Source: an uncultured bacterium | GTDB lineage: Bacteria > Edwardsbacteria > AC1 > EtOH8 | Length of the DNA: 64,000 nt | Direction: 5' to 3' | NCBI GenBank assembly: GCA_964588285.1 | Contig: CAZPNX010000010.1 | Location: 21,319-85,318 of the forward strand | Shown: one piece after another, positions 42,882-52,178 of the stretch | Layout of the letters: every line of letters begins with the position of its first letter | How positions within the stretch are numbered: the stretch's first letter is position 1 | Translations under genes and position numbers: made by a program | Notes under the pieces: generated by a model | What the model saw: only the letters and a program-made list of their open reading frames with translations | Databases searched by the model: none | Told to the model about the DNA's origin: nothing

Positions 42882-43798
42882 CTGGCCTTCCTCATGTAAA
42901 GCCCGATCAGGGCCATGGCGATCTCGAAAACTGTTATCCAGAGCCTGGCCACCGCGGCGATGATGATGGCTACTGCCGCCGGCAGGTATGGTTTAAGGAA
43001 AAGCACCAGCGCCCCTTCACGGACACCCAGTCCCCCGGGGGCTACGATGCTCAGGAAACCGGCAGCCCAGGCCCCGTTGTATAACGCCGTCAGGTGCGCC
43101 AGATAACCGGCCTCCAACGGGAAGATAGACCGGACCAGGGCGAAAAAAGACATGCCTTGGACGGCTGAAGACGCAATCATCAGCAGCAAGGCCTTGACCA
43201 GCGCGCCCCGAGAGATATCCAGCGTTATCTCGCGCTTGAGAAACATCCTGGCCGCGGTGCGCAAGGTCCACCGCAGCAGGGAAGTGAAAAGCGCCGTTAA
43301 AATAAAAGGAACGGGGATCAATAACAGAGATCCCAAACCCAGCGCGCCCTTGCCGGAAACGAGCGGCAGCCCCACCCCGAAGATGATCAGCGAGCTCAGA
43401 AGCAGCAACAGCATCTCCAGCAGCATCCCGGTACCGCTGTGTTTCTCGGGAACGCCCTGCCGCTTGCACAGCCACATCCTGCCGCCGATGGCCCAGACAT
43501 GTCCCGGGATGTACTTGCCCAAATAGGATCCGGTTATCACCCACCATGACGAGCGGTAGCTCATCTTTTGGCCCAGAGAACCCATGATCACCTGCCAGGC
43601 CCGGATGGTGAGGGCGAAGGAGATCACCAAACCGGCGTAGGAAATAGCCAGCCAGCCGGGGGCGAACCTGAACTGGTCAAAAGGTATCTCGTTCCAGGAT
43701 CTTGCCAGGTGCCGGCCAATGAAGAATATAGTGGCGCCGACCACCAGGAAACCCAAAAGCTTCCCGGCCAGGCCCAGCCTGTTTTTAACCTTTTCCAT
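42878..43798 (-). CDS. flippase-like membrane protein (UPF0104/LPG-synthase TM-domain family)
   Basis: The 306 aa product has about 8 TM helices and overlaps yfhO by 4 nt. Confidence 0.65.
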   Translation of the reverse strand: MEKVKNRLGLAGKLLGFLVVGATIFFIGRHLARSWNEIPFDQFRFAPGWLAISYAGLVISFALTIRAWQVIMGSLGQKMSYRSSWWVITGSYLGKYIPGHVWAIGGRMWLCKRQGVPEKHSGTGMLLEMLLLLLSSLIIFGVGLPLVSGKGALGLGSLLLIPVPFILTALFTSLLRWTLRTAARMFLKREITLDISRGALVKALLLMIASSAVQGMSFFALVRSIFPLEAGYLAHLTALYNGAWAAGFLSIVAPGGLGVREGALVLFLKPYLPAAVAIIIAAVARLWITVFEIAMALIGLYMRKAR

Positions 43799-43799
43799 G

Positions 43800-44459
43800 T
43801 CAGCCCGGGGTCCCGGCCCTGGGTTTGGCCACCACCAATATGTCGTAGCACAGCGACGGCCATCGGGCGAAAAATCTCTGGATAACCTTGACCGGCATCA
43901 GGCCTACCTTCCCCCTGACATGCTCTATTTCGCACTCCTCCCGCATCAGGCCCATCAGCTCGCTTAAAGATAGTTCGCTGAAGTGCGTGGGATCTGGCTT
44001 TTGGCCGCCGAACCACTCCCACAATTTCAGCATCACCCGGTAAACCGGGCGGTTGGGCGTCGTCAACACCATCCGCCCCCCTCTCCTGAGCGCAGCGGCG
44101 AATCCCCTGATGCAATCCGCCTGGGTTCTCCGGTCGGGTAGATGCTCGAGGACCTCGACGAAAAGTATGGTGTCGAACGTCCCGGGCTTGAACGGGAGAT
44201 TGGCAGCGTCGCATTCGACCAGCAGGCCGTTGGCCGACCTCAGCCTCACAAGCCGGGCATGAGTCACGTCGGCCGATATCACCCGGAACCCACGCTCCAG
44301 GAGGGGCTTGGTGAAGGCCCCGTCGCCGGCTCCCAGATCCAGCACCAAGCCGACAGCCTGCCCCAGTATGTCTTCCATCCAGTCGCCGTAACGGGACGGT
44401 TTGTAATCCCTTGCTTTGGCGTCCTTCTCGGCGATGGCCTTGATATCAGCGACCTTCAT
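43800..44459 (-). CDS. class I SAM-dependent methyltransferase
   Basis: Motif I is VLDLGAGDGAF. Residues DTILFVEVLEHL form a post-I acidic region. The stop is 1 nt before the next gene. Confidence 0.8.
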   Translation of the reverse strand: MKVADIKAIAEKDAKARDYKPSRYGDWMEDILGQAVGLVLDLGAGDGAFTKPLLERGFRVISADVTHARLVRLRSANGLLVECDAANLPFKPGTFDTILFVEVLEHLPDRRTQADCIRGFAAALRRGGRMVLTTPNRPVYRVMLKLWEWFGGQKPDPTHFSELSLSELMGLMREECEIEHVRGKVGLMPVKVIQRFFARWPSLCYDILVVAKPRAGTPG

Positions 44460-44559
44460 GACATGAGTGCATTGTAAGTGAGTATGATATCATAACGGCA
44501 AATACAGGTCAACAAAAAAAGGCATGCATGGCTGCATGCCTTTTCTTCCCGGTGAAACT

Positions 44560-46476
44560 TTACTTTATCAACGGCACTCTTTTTACCAGGGATTTGCTGC
44601 CACAGGCTACCCTGCAAATGTAAATGCCGGAAGAGACATGCCCGCCCTTCCTGTCGCGTCCGTCCCATTTGACGGTGTAAGACCCCGGGTCCATTGACCC
44701 GTTGCAGAGCGTGCTTACCAGAGCCCCGTAAAGGCTGTACACGGAAACGGTCACCCGCTGCCTTTCCTTTATGGAATAATTGATGTCGACGCCTTTGTAC
44801 TTCGGGATGAGGCTCATGGTTATGTAGCCTTCTCCATCTGACGTGCCTGCGCCCGCGCCTGTAAGCACGTTGTAGTCGAAAGATATCTCCTCCAGCGCCG
44901 GCATCTCGAAGAAATCGTTCGACTGCTTGATCAGCTGGTACTGGGCGTAGGGGGCGTTGGGCACGGAAACCTGCCCCCCGCTGTAGGGCGCTTGAGCCCA
45001 TGAGGACCATGTCCCGTCATCGGGGTCGGGCGTGTTGCCTGTCCTCAGGTAGACGGCCAGATCGGAACCGTCGGGCACTTGCGAGGTCCACGAGGAATTC
45101 AGCCATTCATATTCCTGGCTCCCGTTGCCGAAGACCGATGACAGGTACGATTCCTTGTTGTCGCGGTTGTGGACGTTGCCGTTGTCCTTGGTCGATATGT
45201 GCCCGTAGGAGGAGGGAATGGAATCGTATCCCAGGTAGCCGGTCCGCGAAACGCCGTGGAAGATGTAGCTCCAGCCCCCGTAGCTGTTGGTTATCAGGAC
45301 ATCATTGATGTTGTTGCTTGACAATTTGCCCACCAGAGCCCCGTGGGCGCCGTTGGTCGGCAACTCGGTCCTGGCTACGAAATCCGGGCCCCAGTAGACG
45401 TATGACGATATCCGGTGGCTGACGTCGTTGTACCAGTTGGCGAATATCAGGTCAAGGTTGCCGTCCCGGTCCAGGTCCACGATGGCGTTGCCTATGGCCG
45501 AATGGGTCTCCAACTCGGTCCTGTTCCCGGCGCTGAATCCGCCCGGGCCGCCCCAGTATATGTATGAGTTGACGTTGTAGGTGACGTCGTTGCGGTGGTT
45601 GCTGAATACGATATCCAGCCAGCCGTCCTTGTTGACGTCGCCTATGGACACGCAGTAGGTGCCGTGAGTAGGAAGCGAATCCTTGGCGCCGTCGTTGTAG
45701 AATACCGAATCCTGCAGCCTCTGGCCGTAATAGATATAGGATGGTATGTTGAAGGTGAAGGCTCCGCCGGCCGGGGGGTAGTTGCCCTGCTTGTTGGGCA
45801 CCACAATGTCCAGCACCCCGTCCTTGTTGAGGTCGGCCACGGCGACGTCGGACGAGCTGAAGCCGCCGAGGGTGGTTCTGGTGAAATATCTCCGGTTATG
45901 CCTGTTGCCCCAGAAGATGTACGCCTGGGTCCCGTTCATGCTGGACACCAGCAGGTCCAGCGCCCCGTCGTGGTTGAGGTCGACGATGGAGTTGCCGTGG
46001 CCCCCCGAGGCCTGCAGCAGGGTGGTGTCGGCCTCGGTGTAACCGTTTTTACTCCCCCAGTAAATCGTCGAAAAGCCGCCGTAATAGTTGCTTACCAGTA
46101 TGTCCAGGTTGCCATCACGGTCGATGTCGTCAATGGAATTTCCCGTGGAACCGCTGGAAGGAAGCATCTGGCGGTGGGCGCTGGAATAAGACCAGTCGTG
46201 CTGGCCCCAGTAGATATAGGTGTGGCTCCCCTCCAGGTTGCAGATCACCAGATCGGGCCTTCCGTCCTTGTTCAGGTCGTAGAAGGCCCCCGGGGCCGAT
46301 TTCAGGCTCCCGCTGTCCAGGCCCTCATTTGAAACGAACACGTTGGCGTTGAAGAACCCGTCGGCGAAATCGGCCACCGTGCTCTCCCGCCAGGCGTCGG
46401 CAGGCAGCGAATACACCAAAGCAAACGACATTGACAGGGCGAGTAAGCATACATTTCTTCTCATAGCCCACCTCAT
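44560..46476 (-). CDS. FG-GAP/VCBS-type repeat protein with a type IX secretion C-terminal sorting domain
   Basis: A signal peptide is followed by repeated DxNxDGxxD-type motifs (DLNKDGRPDL, DIDRDGNLDI, DLNHDGALDL, DLNKDGVLDI, DVNKDGWLDI, DLDRDGNLDL). The C-terminus VTVSVYSLYGALVSTL...GSYTVKWDGRDRKGGHVSSGIYICRV matches the type IX secretion type-A C-terminal domain. Confidence 0.75.
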   Translation of the reverse strand: MRWAMRRNVCLLALSMSFALVYSLPADAWRESTVADFADGFFNANVFVSNEGLDSGSLKSAPGAFYDLNKDGRPDLVICNLEGSHTYIYWGQHDWSYSSAHRQMLPSSGSTGNSIDDIDRDGNLDILVSNYYGGFSTIYWGSKNGYTEADTTLLQASGGHGNSIVDLNHDGALDLLVSSMNGTQAYIFWGNRHNRRYFTRTTLGGFSSSDVAVADLNKDGVLDIVVPNKQGNYPPAGGAFTFNIPSYIYYGQRLQDSVFYNDGAKDSLPTHGTYCVSIGDVNKDGWLDIVFSNHRNDVTYNVNSYIYWGGPGGFSAGNRTELETHSAIGNAIVDLDRDGNLDLIFANWYNDVSHRISSYVYWGPDFVARTELPTNGAHGALVGKLSSNNINDVLITNSYGGWSYIFHGVSRTGYLGYDSIPSSYGHISTKDNGNVHNRDNKESYLSSVFGNGSQEYEWLNSSWTSQVPDGSDLAVYLRTGNTPDPDDGTWSSWAQAPYSGGQVSVPNAPYAQYQLIKQSNDFFEMPALEEISFDYNVLTGAGAGTSDGEGYITMSLIPKYKGVDINYSIKERQRVTVSVYSLYGALVSTLCNGSMDPGSYTVKWDGRDRKGGHVSSGIYICRVACGSKSLVKRVPLIK

Positions 46477-46594
46477 GTTATCAAAAGGTTATTATGGATA
46501 GTATTCTTAACCTTTCAGGTTGCAAAGTCAATGATATTATTCCTTTCCCCTTATTAATATAGCACCAAGCACTTCCCTTGTCAAGCATTTTAGA

Positions 46595-46632
46595 CTTTTT
46601 TTCTGCAAAAGCAAAGCCCCTCTCGCGAGGGG
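46595..46632 (-). terminator. probable intrinsic terminator downstream of the GT4 gene
   Basis: The minus strand has a GAGACCCCTCGCGAGAGGGGC stem (CCCCTC/GAGGGG) followed by CUUUGCUUUUGC. Confidence 0.45.
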
Positions 46633-46671
46633 TCTCTCCCTTACACCACACCGCCAACGGCCCTCCAGCCG

Positions 46672-47757
46672 TCATCTCCCTTCCCCGGCCGCCAGCCGAT
46701 AAGCCGCTATCGTCCCCCGGGCCGTCCGCTCCCAGGTGAAAAGGGCCGCCCGTTTCAGCCCGGCCCCGGCCAGCCGCCGGTGCTCCTCCTTGTCCCCGAG
46801 TATCTTCCGCAGGGAGCCCGCCATCCCCCCGGTGTCTCCCGGTTCGTGTAGCATCCCCGCCTGCCCAACCACCTCGGGAAGCGAGGTAGCGTTCGAGGCC
46901 ACCACCGGGCAGCCCGAGGCCATGGCCTCTAGGGCCGGCAGTCCGAAGCCCTCGTAGGTCGAGGGGAAGAGAAAGACGTCGGCCGCCGAATAGTAAAGCG
47001 GCAGCTGCCCGGCCGGCACCCGGTCCCTTACCATCATGCCGTCCCCCAGGTCCAGAGTGGCCGCCAGTCTAAGGTCGCCCTCCGAGACCTGCCCGACCTT
47101 GACCAGCTTCAGGCCTTTGACCGACCTCTTGGCCAAAGCGGAGGCCCGGCATACCGTCGGGAAATTCTTCCTCCGGGCGGCCGTCCCCACATGGAGGACG
47201 ATCTTCGAATCAACCGGCAGCCCCAGTTCCCGGCGGCAGGTGACCTTGTCGCGCGGCCGGAATTCGCCGGAGACGCCCAAGGGAATGGCGGTTATCCTGT
47301 CTGCCGGCAGACGGTATATCCGCATCAGGTCCCTCTTGGTATGCTCGGAGATGGAGATGACGTGGTCGGCATTGCGCACCCCCGAGTAGAGAAGCCGCCG
47401 CCAGAGCCGCTCCCCCGGCTTTTCCGGCATCACCAGCGGTATCAGATCCAGGCAGGTGACTATCCTCCTTCCCTCGGTCCTCAGAAAGGAGAGGTTCTGG
47501 CTGACGAAATGTGAGAGATCGCGGTGAGGTATTCGTCGGTGGCAATCCCACCAGAAAAGTGGCTTTATTCTAGGAAACCGGGACTTGATCGGACTACCCT
47601 CGCCTCGTGAACCAATAATGCGGCAGACGCCATTGCGGAAGTCATAAAACGACATCCTCGAATCCGCCAGGCCGCTTAGGGCCCGAAACAGATTCCAAGC
47701 ATAGACCCCGGTGCCCGAATGCTCGGGCTGGTCGTTTATCAGCTCTACTTTTATCAT
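46672..47757 (-). CDS. glycosyltransferase family 4 (GT-B)
   Basis: The C-terminal domain has the EX7E-type region (FLFPSTYEGFGLPALEAMASGCPVVAS). Confidence 0.85.
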   Translation of the reverse strand: MIKVELINDQPEHSGTGVYAWNLFRALSGLADSRMSFYDFRNGVCRIIGSRGEGSPIKSRFPRIKPLFWWDCHRRIPHRDLSHFVSQNLSFLRTEGRRIVTCLDLIPLVMPEKPGERLWRRLLYSGVRNADHVISISEHTKRDLMRIYRLPADRITAIPLGVSGEFRPRDKVTCRRELGLPVDSKIVLHVGTAARRKNFPTVCRASALAKRSVKGLKLVKVGQVSEGDLRLAATLDLGDGMMVRDRVPAGQLPLYYSAADVFLFPSTYEGFGLPALEAMASGCPVVASNATSLPEVVGQAGMLHEPGDTGGMAGSLRKILGDKEEHRRLAGAGLKRAALFTWERTARGTIAAYRLAAGEGR

Positions 47758-47818
47758 AAGCCGCCCAAAGAAAAATGGGTGGTTGTTAAACCACCCTATA
47801 TCTTTTGTCCATCTGGTT

Positions 47819-48790
47819 TCAGAACTCCGCCGCCAGCTCGAACCGCAGCGGGTGCCCCAGCCCGGCTAACGGCGTGTAGGCGGCGCCCACCGTGTATCCC
47901 CGGTAGCGCACCCCCAGCCCGCAGGCGAAACCCGACAGATCGTCGATGCTGGAACCGTTCTTGACGTCGGCCAACACCCCGTTGTACCCGGCCCTCAGGG
48001 CCACCAGGCCGCCCAGCCAGTACTCCAGCCCGGCCTGAATTTTTGCCGGAGAGTCCACCACCTTGACCCCGGCTAAGGCCAGAGATAACCGGTTCATGAA
48101 GGGACGATAAGCCATCCCCAGCCTGAAGGTCAGCGGCAGCTTCTCCTTGGTCTCGATGAAGGCGTCGGCGGCCGCGCCCAGATTCTGCACCGAGGCCCCC
48201 AGGGCCAGGCTGGTGCCCAAGCTTTTCGGTGGTCCGCCTTTAAAGATCTTGCCTGACAGCCATTCCAAGTCCACTTCGTAGATCGCTCCAAAATCCAGGG
48301 CCGCGGCCGAGGCCGTGTATTCTCGGGCCCTTTCGTAAACCCCCTTGACGGCCGCCCCGGCAAAGAATTGGGGGTTAAAAACCCGTCCGTAGAGCAGAGA
48401 CAGGGATACCGAGGAATAGGTGAAAGTGGAGCCGGTGCCGGTGGGATGATCCAGCGTGGTCTCCATCATGCTCCCGCTGTTGAGGTAGCATAGACAGAGC
48501 CCGGCCCCGCCGCCGGATACCCCGGGCTGGAGGTAACTCAGCTGCCCGGCCTGGATGCCGGCCGCGTAATTCAGATAGCCGGCCGAGGCCGAACGAAATC
48601 GGGCCAAGGCCAGACCGGCCGGGTTATAGGTCGCCGTCCCCGGGTCGTCTGACAGGGCGGCCACTGCCTCGCCCAGGGCGGTGGCCCGGGCGGCTATCGG
48701 CAGGCGCAGAAATGCGAAACCGCAATCCTGGGCCCCCAGGAAGGCCGCCGCCAAAAACAGACATATCCCCAGCCCCAGCAGCTGTTTCAC
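47819..48790 (-). CDS. outer-membrane beta-barrel protein, PorV/PorQ-like (type IX secretion-associated) candidate
   Basis: A GTG start at 48788-48790 overlaps the upstream small-ORF stop (GTGA), with a GGAG upstream. The signal peptide is LLGLGICLFLAAAFLGAQ, and the sequence has an amphipathic beta-strand pattern with a C-terminal ...AAEF. The N-terminal extension in ORF 47819..48934 is not used. Confidence 0.45.
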   Translation of the reverse strand: MKQLLGLGICLFLAAAFLGAQDCGFAFLRLPIAARATALGEAVAALSDDPGTATYNPAGLALARFRSASAGYLNYAAGIQAGQLSYLQPGVSGGGAGLCLCYLNSGSMMETTLDHPTGTGSTFTYSSVSLSLLYGRVFNPQFFAGAAVKGVYERAREYTASAAALDFGAIYEVDLEWLSGKIFKGGPPKSLGTSLALGASVQNLGAAADAFIETKEKLPLTFRLGMAYRPFMNRLSLALAGVKVVDSPAKIQAGLEYWLGGLVALRAGYNGVLADVKNGSSIDDLSGFACGLGVRYRGYTVGAAYTPLAGLGHPLRFELAAEF

Positions 48791-49131
48791 GTCAGCTCTC
48801 CGCCCCCGTTCAGCTTCTGGGGGGAAAGGAAGAACACCCTCTGCCAACGATTGTCGGAATCGATGATGGTTCCGTTGGCGAAATTGAAAGCCGGCCGGGA
48901 CATCAGGGCCATGAAGTCCTCGCGGTGCACCCACAGCCAGTCCTGGACCTCGTCATGATCGATGTTCTTCATGAAGTGCATGAACTCCTCGGCGGTGAAC
49001 CCGCTCTGGGCGCGGGATTCCAGCCAATCCTCCACCTCGGGGCTGTCCAGGCTGGACAAAAGTTCAAAGAGGTCGTCCCAGCAGGCGTCCACCTGGATCT
49101 TTTTCCGCTGATAGTTTTTATAATAGCTCAT
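48787..49131 (-). CDS. hypothetical acidic small protein (114 aa)
   Basis: There is no recognised motif. It is coupled to the downstream barrel gene by a GTGA overlap. Confidence 0.4.
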   Translation of the reverse strand: MSYYKNYQRKKIQVDACWDDLFELLSSLDSPEVEDWLESRAQSGFTAEEFMHFMKNIDHDEVQDWLWVHREDFMALMSRPAFNFANGTIIDSDNRWQRVFFLSPQKLNGGGELT

Positions 49132-49198
49132 CCCTGTCTCGCCTAGCGTCTGCGGATAATGATAAATGATAAACCGACCTTTGTCAACCGTCGGGCGG

Positions 49199-49501
49199 TC
49201 AGCGGCGGGAGACGGTGTTCAGCCCCTTGCGCATGCCGTGCCTGGGCTTTCGGGCCACCGCCTTGATGGCGTTGACCAGGGCGGCCATGGTCTGGGCCTT
49301 GAGCTGGTCGGTGGAGATGTTGACCATGGTGTGGATGTGGCCGCCGTCGCTGGCCACATAGCGCGGCGGCAGCTGGTTTAGGGCGTAGGCCATGATGTCC
49401 AGCTTGCAGGAGCGGCATTTGCAGACATCGCTGCGCTCCTGCAGTATCTTCTCCAGCTCCTCCTTGACCAGCTTCTCGTTGTAATTGGTGAGTTTTGCCA
49501 T
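49199..49501 (-). CDS. ComFB-family protein (late competence development protein-like)
   Basis: The 100 aa product contains a Cys cluster (DVCKCRSCKLD) and ALNQLPPRY, both characteristic of ComFB. Confidence 0.7.
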   Translation of the reverse strand: MAKLTNYNEKLVKEELEKILQERSDVCKCRSCKLDIMAYALNQLPPRYVASDGGHIHTMVNISTDQLKAQTMAALVNAIKAVARKPRHGMRKGLNTVSRR

Positions 49502-49541
49502 CGGTTGGCCCCCTATCTCTTTTGGTGGATCGTTAACAACC

Positions 49542-50003
49542 CTAACGGCCGGGGAAAAACTCTATGGCAAAGGCGCCGGAAAAGCCCAGCTCCTTGGCCC
49601 GCTGCTTGAGCTGGTCGGCCTGGGTGCGGCTCAGACCGTTGCCCGCCTGAACCTTGTGCAGGCCGTCCTGCTCGATGATGAACAACTGATGTTCTGGCAG
49701 CTTCCAGCGGGCCTCCTCGGCCACCTTGCGGGCGTTCTCCCTGGTGCCCGAGGCGAACAGCTGCACCCTCCAGCCGCTCATCGGGCGGGCCGGCGGGACG
49801 GCCGGGGCCGGCGGCATCTCGGGCTGAGGGGCCTGATTGGCCGCCGGCTGTTCTGGGAACGGCACCTGGGCCGAGCCATCCCGGTGGGTGGCCGGAGCGG
49901 TCTCGGTTAGCGGCTCCTTAGCCGGTTCCTGCATGGCCTGCTTTTTGGGGCAGCCGCATAACATCGCGGCCGCGGCCATCAGCGGAAATATCCAGTATTT
50001 CAT
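49542..50003 (-). CDS. SPOR-domain lipoprotein
   Basis: MKYWIFPLMAAAAMLCGC is a lipobox. The C-terminal SPOR-like domain is GWRVQLFASGTRENARKVAEEAR...GLHKVQAG. Start is at the internal ATG (CAT 50001-50003). Confidence 0.7.
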   Translation of the reverse strand: MKYWIFPLMAAAAMLCGCPKKQAMQEPAKEPLTETAPATHRDGSAQVPFPEQPAANQAPQPEMPPAPAVPPARPMSGWRVQLFASGTRENARKVAEEARWKLPEHQLFIIEQDGLHKVQAGNGLSRTQADQLKQRAKELGFSGAFAIEFFPGR

Positions 50004-50099
50004 GTTGACTCCTATCATGATCTTCTTTTCGACTGAGAATTTTTAATTGTCAAAACCGCATCCTTTTCGAATCCTTCGGTGGTTTTAGGTGACCGCGCT

Positions 50100-51209
50100 T
50101 CAAAGAAATTCGGCCTCCCCGGCCCGGCCCAATTCCTCGACCACCCTCCGCACTTCCTGGGCCCGCTCCCGGCGGCAAACCAGCACCGCGTCGCCGGAGC
50201 GCACCACCACCAGACCCTCCACCCCCAGCAGGGCCACCAGGCCCTGGTCGCAGACCACGATGTTGTTTTTTGAGTCTAAGGCCAGGGCTTTGCCCGAAAC
50301 CCGGTTGCCCGATCCGTCCCCGGGATAATACCGGGCCGCCGCCTCCCAGGAGCCAAGGTCGTCCCAGCCGAAATCGCCTGGGACCACCGCCACCCCTCGA
50401 CACTGGTCGGTGCCGGCTCTGGCGGCCTTCTCCATCACTCCATAGTCGATGGAGATCTTTTCCAGGGGTTGGAAGTATTGGCGGAAAACCTCGGGCCCGG
50501 CTCCCAACCCGCCCCGCGATTGCCAGTTCATGGTCGCTTGGTACAAAGCGGCCATATGCTCTCTGATCTGCTCCAGGATGATGGAGACCTTCCAGGCGAA
50601 AATGCCGCCGTTCCATAGGAATGTCCCGCTGGCGACAAATTCCTCGGCCGTTTTGGGATCCGGCTTTTCCCTGAAACTTTTAACCCCAAAACATCCCTCG
50701 TCCCCCAGGGGTTTCCCCAGCTCGATATAACCATAACCTGTCTCCGGCCGCTCCGGCCTGAGCCCGATGGTAGCCAGATATCCCTGCTCCCCCAGCCCCA
50801 CCGCCTTGGCCAGCACCGAACGAAAAGCCCCTACCTCTCGAATGTGGTGGTCCGAAGGCAGGACCAGCATCACCGCCTCCGGGTCGCTGCGGGCGATCTC
50901 GGAGGCCGCCATGGCGATGGCCGGAGCCGTGTTCCTTCCCATAGGCTCGCCGATCACCTTGGGCTCGGTTCCGACCACAGAGGACACAGCCTGAGCCAGA
51001 TCGGTGCTGGTGATGATCCACTGCCTGGCAGGCGGCGCCAGGGGCGCCACCCGGACCAGCGTCTCCTCGATCATGGTTTTTCCGCCGGTCAGGGCTTGAA
51101 GCTGTTTGGGCCGGGCCGCCCGGCTTTTAGGCCAGAACCTCTCGCCCCGTCCTCCGGCCAGCACCACGGCATAGATTCTTGTGTTCTTGTCCACTATACT
51201 ACTTATCAA
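50100..51209 (-). CDS. manC: mannose-1-phosphate guanylyltransferase
   Basis: The N-terminus is AVVLAGGRGERFWP, with LVLPSDH and GYGYIE also present. The 369 aa product lacks a C-terminal cupin domain. Confidence 0.82.
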   Translation of the reverse strand: MISSIVDKNTRIYAVVLAGGRGERFWPKSRAARPKQLQALTGGKTMIEETLVRVAPLAPPARQWIITSTDLAQAVSSVVGTEPKVIGEPMGRNTAPAIAMAASEIARSDPEAVMLVLPSDHHIREVGAFRSVLAKAVGLGEQGYLATIGLRPERPETGYGYIELGKPLGDEGCFGVKSFREKPDPKTAEEFVASGTFLWNGGIFAWKVSIILEQIREHMAALYQATMNWQSRGGLGAGPEVFRQYFQPLEKISIDYGVMEKAARAGTDQCRGVAVVPGDFGWDDLGSWEAAARYYPGDGSGNRVSGKALALDSKNNIVVCDQGLVALLGVEGLVVVRSGDAVLVCRRERAQEVRRVVEELGRAGEAEFL

Positions 51210-51214
51210 TAGTA

Positions 51215-52174
51215 TTATACGGAGCGGCCGCTTTCGGCCTCTGCCTTAATTGCGGCCGCCAACAGCGGCACCATGATCTCGTGATGTCCGGTGAAGCTGT
51301 AGCCACGGCCGCCGGCCGCCGTCGGTCGTTCCACCACGTTGACGTTAGGGCGGTAGTGCTGGATCATGTCGAAATTGGCGGCGGAAAAATTTCCCACCCG
51401 GTTTCCCAGATTGCGGGCCACGGTCAGAGCTTTGAGGAAGACCTCCGGCAGGATGACGGTCGAGCCCAGGTTTATCACCACCCCCCCGGACAGCTTGCCG
51501 ACTTGGTGAGCCAAAATGCGGAAATCCCGGTGGCTGGCCAGTCCGGCGGCCCCGCCGTCGAACGATGGGTGCTGGTGGACGATGTCGGTGCCGATGGCCA
51601 GGTGGACCGTGGCCGGCAGACCCAGCCGGCGGCAGGCGGCCAGCAGACTCAACCGACGGTATCTGGCTTTTTCCTCCTCCAAAAAAAGGCCCAAAGCCTC
51701 GCCGAAGCCCAGGTCCTGAGCGTCTCCCTTGTTGACCGCCCCATTGAGTAGGTCGGCCGTCTCCCTAGCCATGCCGAAAGACCCGTCCTCCAGCCCCCGG
51801 GCCACATCCTCCGAGGTCTGGCCCCACCAGGCCATCTCGAAGTCGTGGATGGCGCCGGCCCCGTTCAACGCCAGTCCGGTGAGGTAGCCTCGTTCCATGA
51901 GATCGATCAGCACCGGGCTCAGGCCGCACTTGATGGGATGGGCCCCCATCATCAGGATCACCGGGCGGCCCCGTTTCCTGGCCCGGACGATGTCCCCGGC
52001 CAGGCTTTTCAGGTCCTTGGCCTTGAGGATGCGGGGCAGGCTTTTTAGGAAACCGGCCACTGTTTGGCCCGGCCGCGAAGTTTTAGCCAGCATGGAGGCC
52101 GCCACCTTGCTGCGCCTCTGTGCGATCGAGTGTCTTTTGACCTGGGTCAGGTCTGCTTCTTTGAATCTTCCCAT
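51215..52174 (-). CDS. deoxyhypusine synthase-family protein (bacterial DHS-like)
   Basis: Residues VILMMGAHPIKCG and LTGLALNGAGAIHDFE parallel the eukaryotic DHS IFLAYTSNLISSG and VTTAGGIEEDF segments. Confidence 0.5.
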   Translation of the reverse strand: MGRFKEADLTQVKRHSIAQRRSKVAASMLAKTSRPGQTVAGFLKSLPRILKAKDLKSLAGDIVRARKRGRPVILMMGAHPIKCGLSPVLIDLMERGYLTGLALNGAGAIHDFEMAWWGQTSEDVARGLEDGSFGMARETADLLNGAVNKGDAQDLGFGEALGLFLEEEKARYRRLSLLAACRRLGLPATVHLAIGTDIVHQHPSFDGGAAGLASHRDFRILAHQVGKLSGGVVINLGSTVILPEVFLKALTVARNLGNRVGNFSAANFDMIQHYRPNVNVVERPTAAGGRGYSFTGHHEIMVPLLAAAIKAEAESGRSV

Positions 52175-52178
52175 GGGG

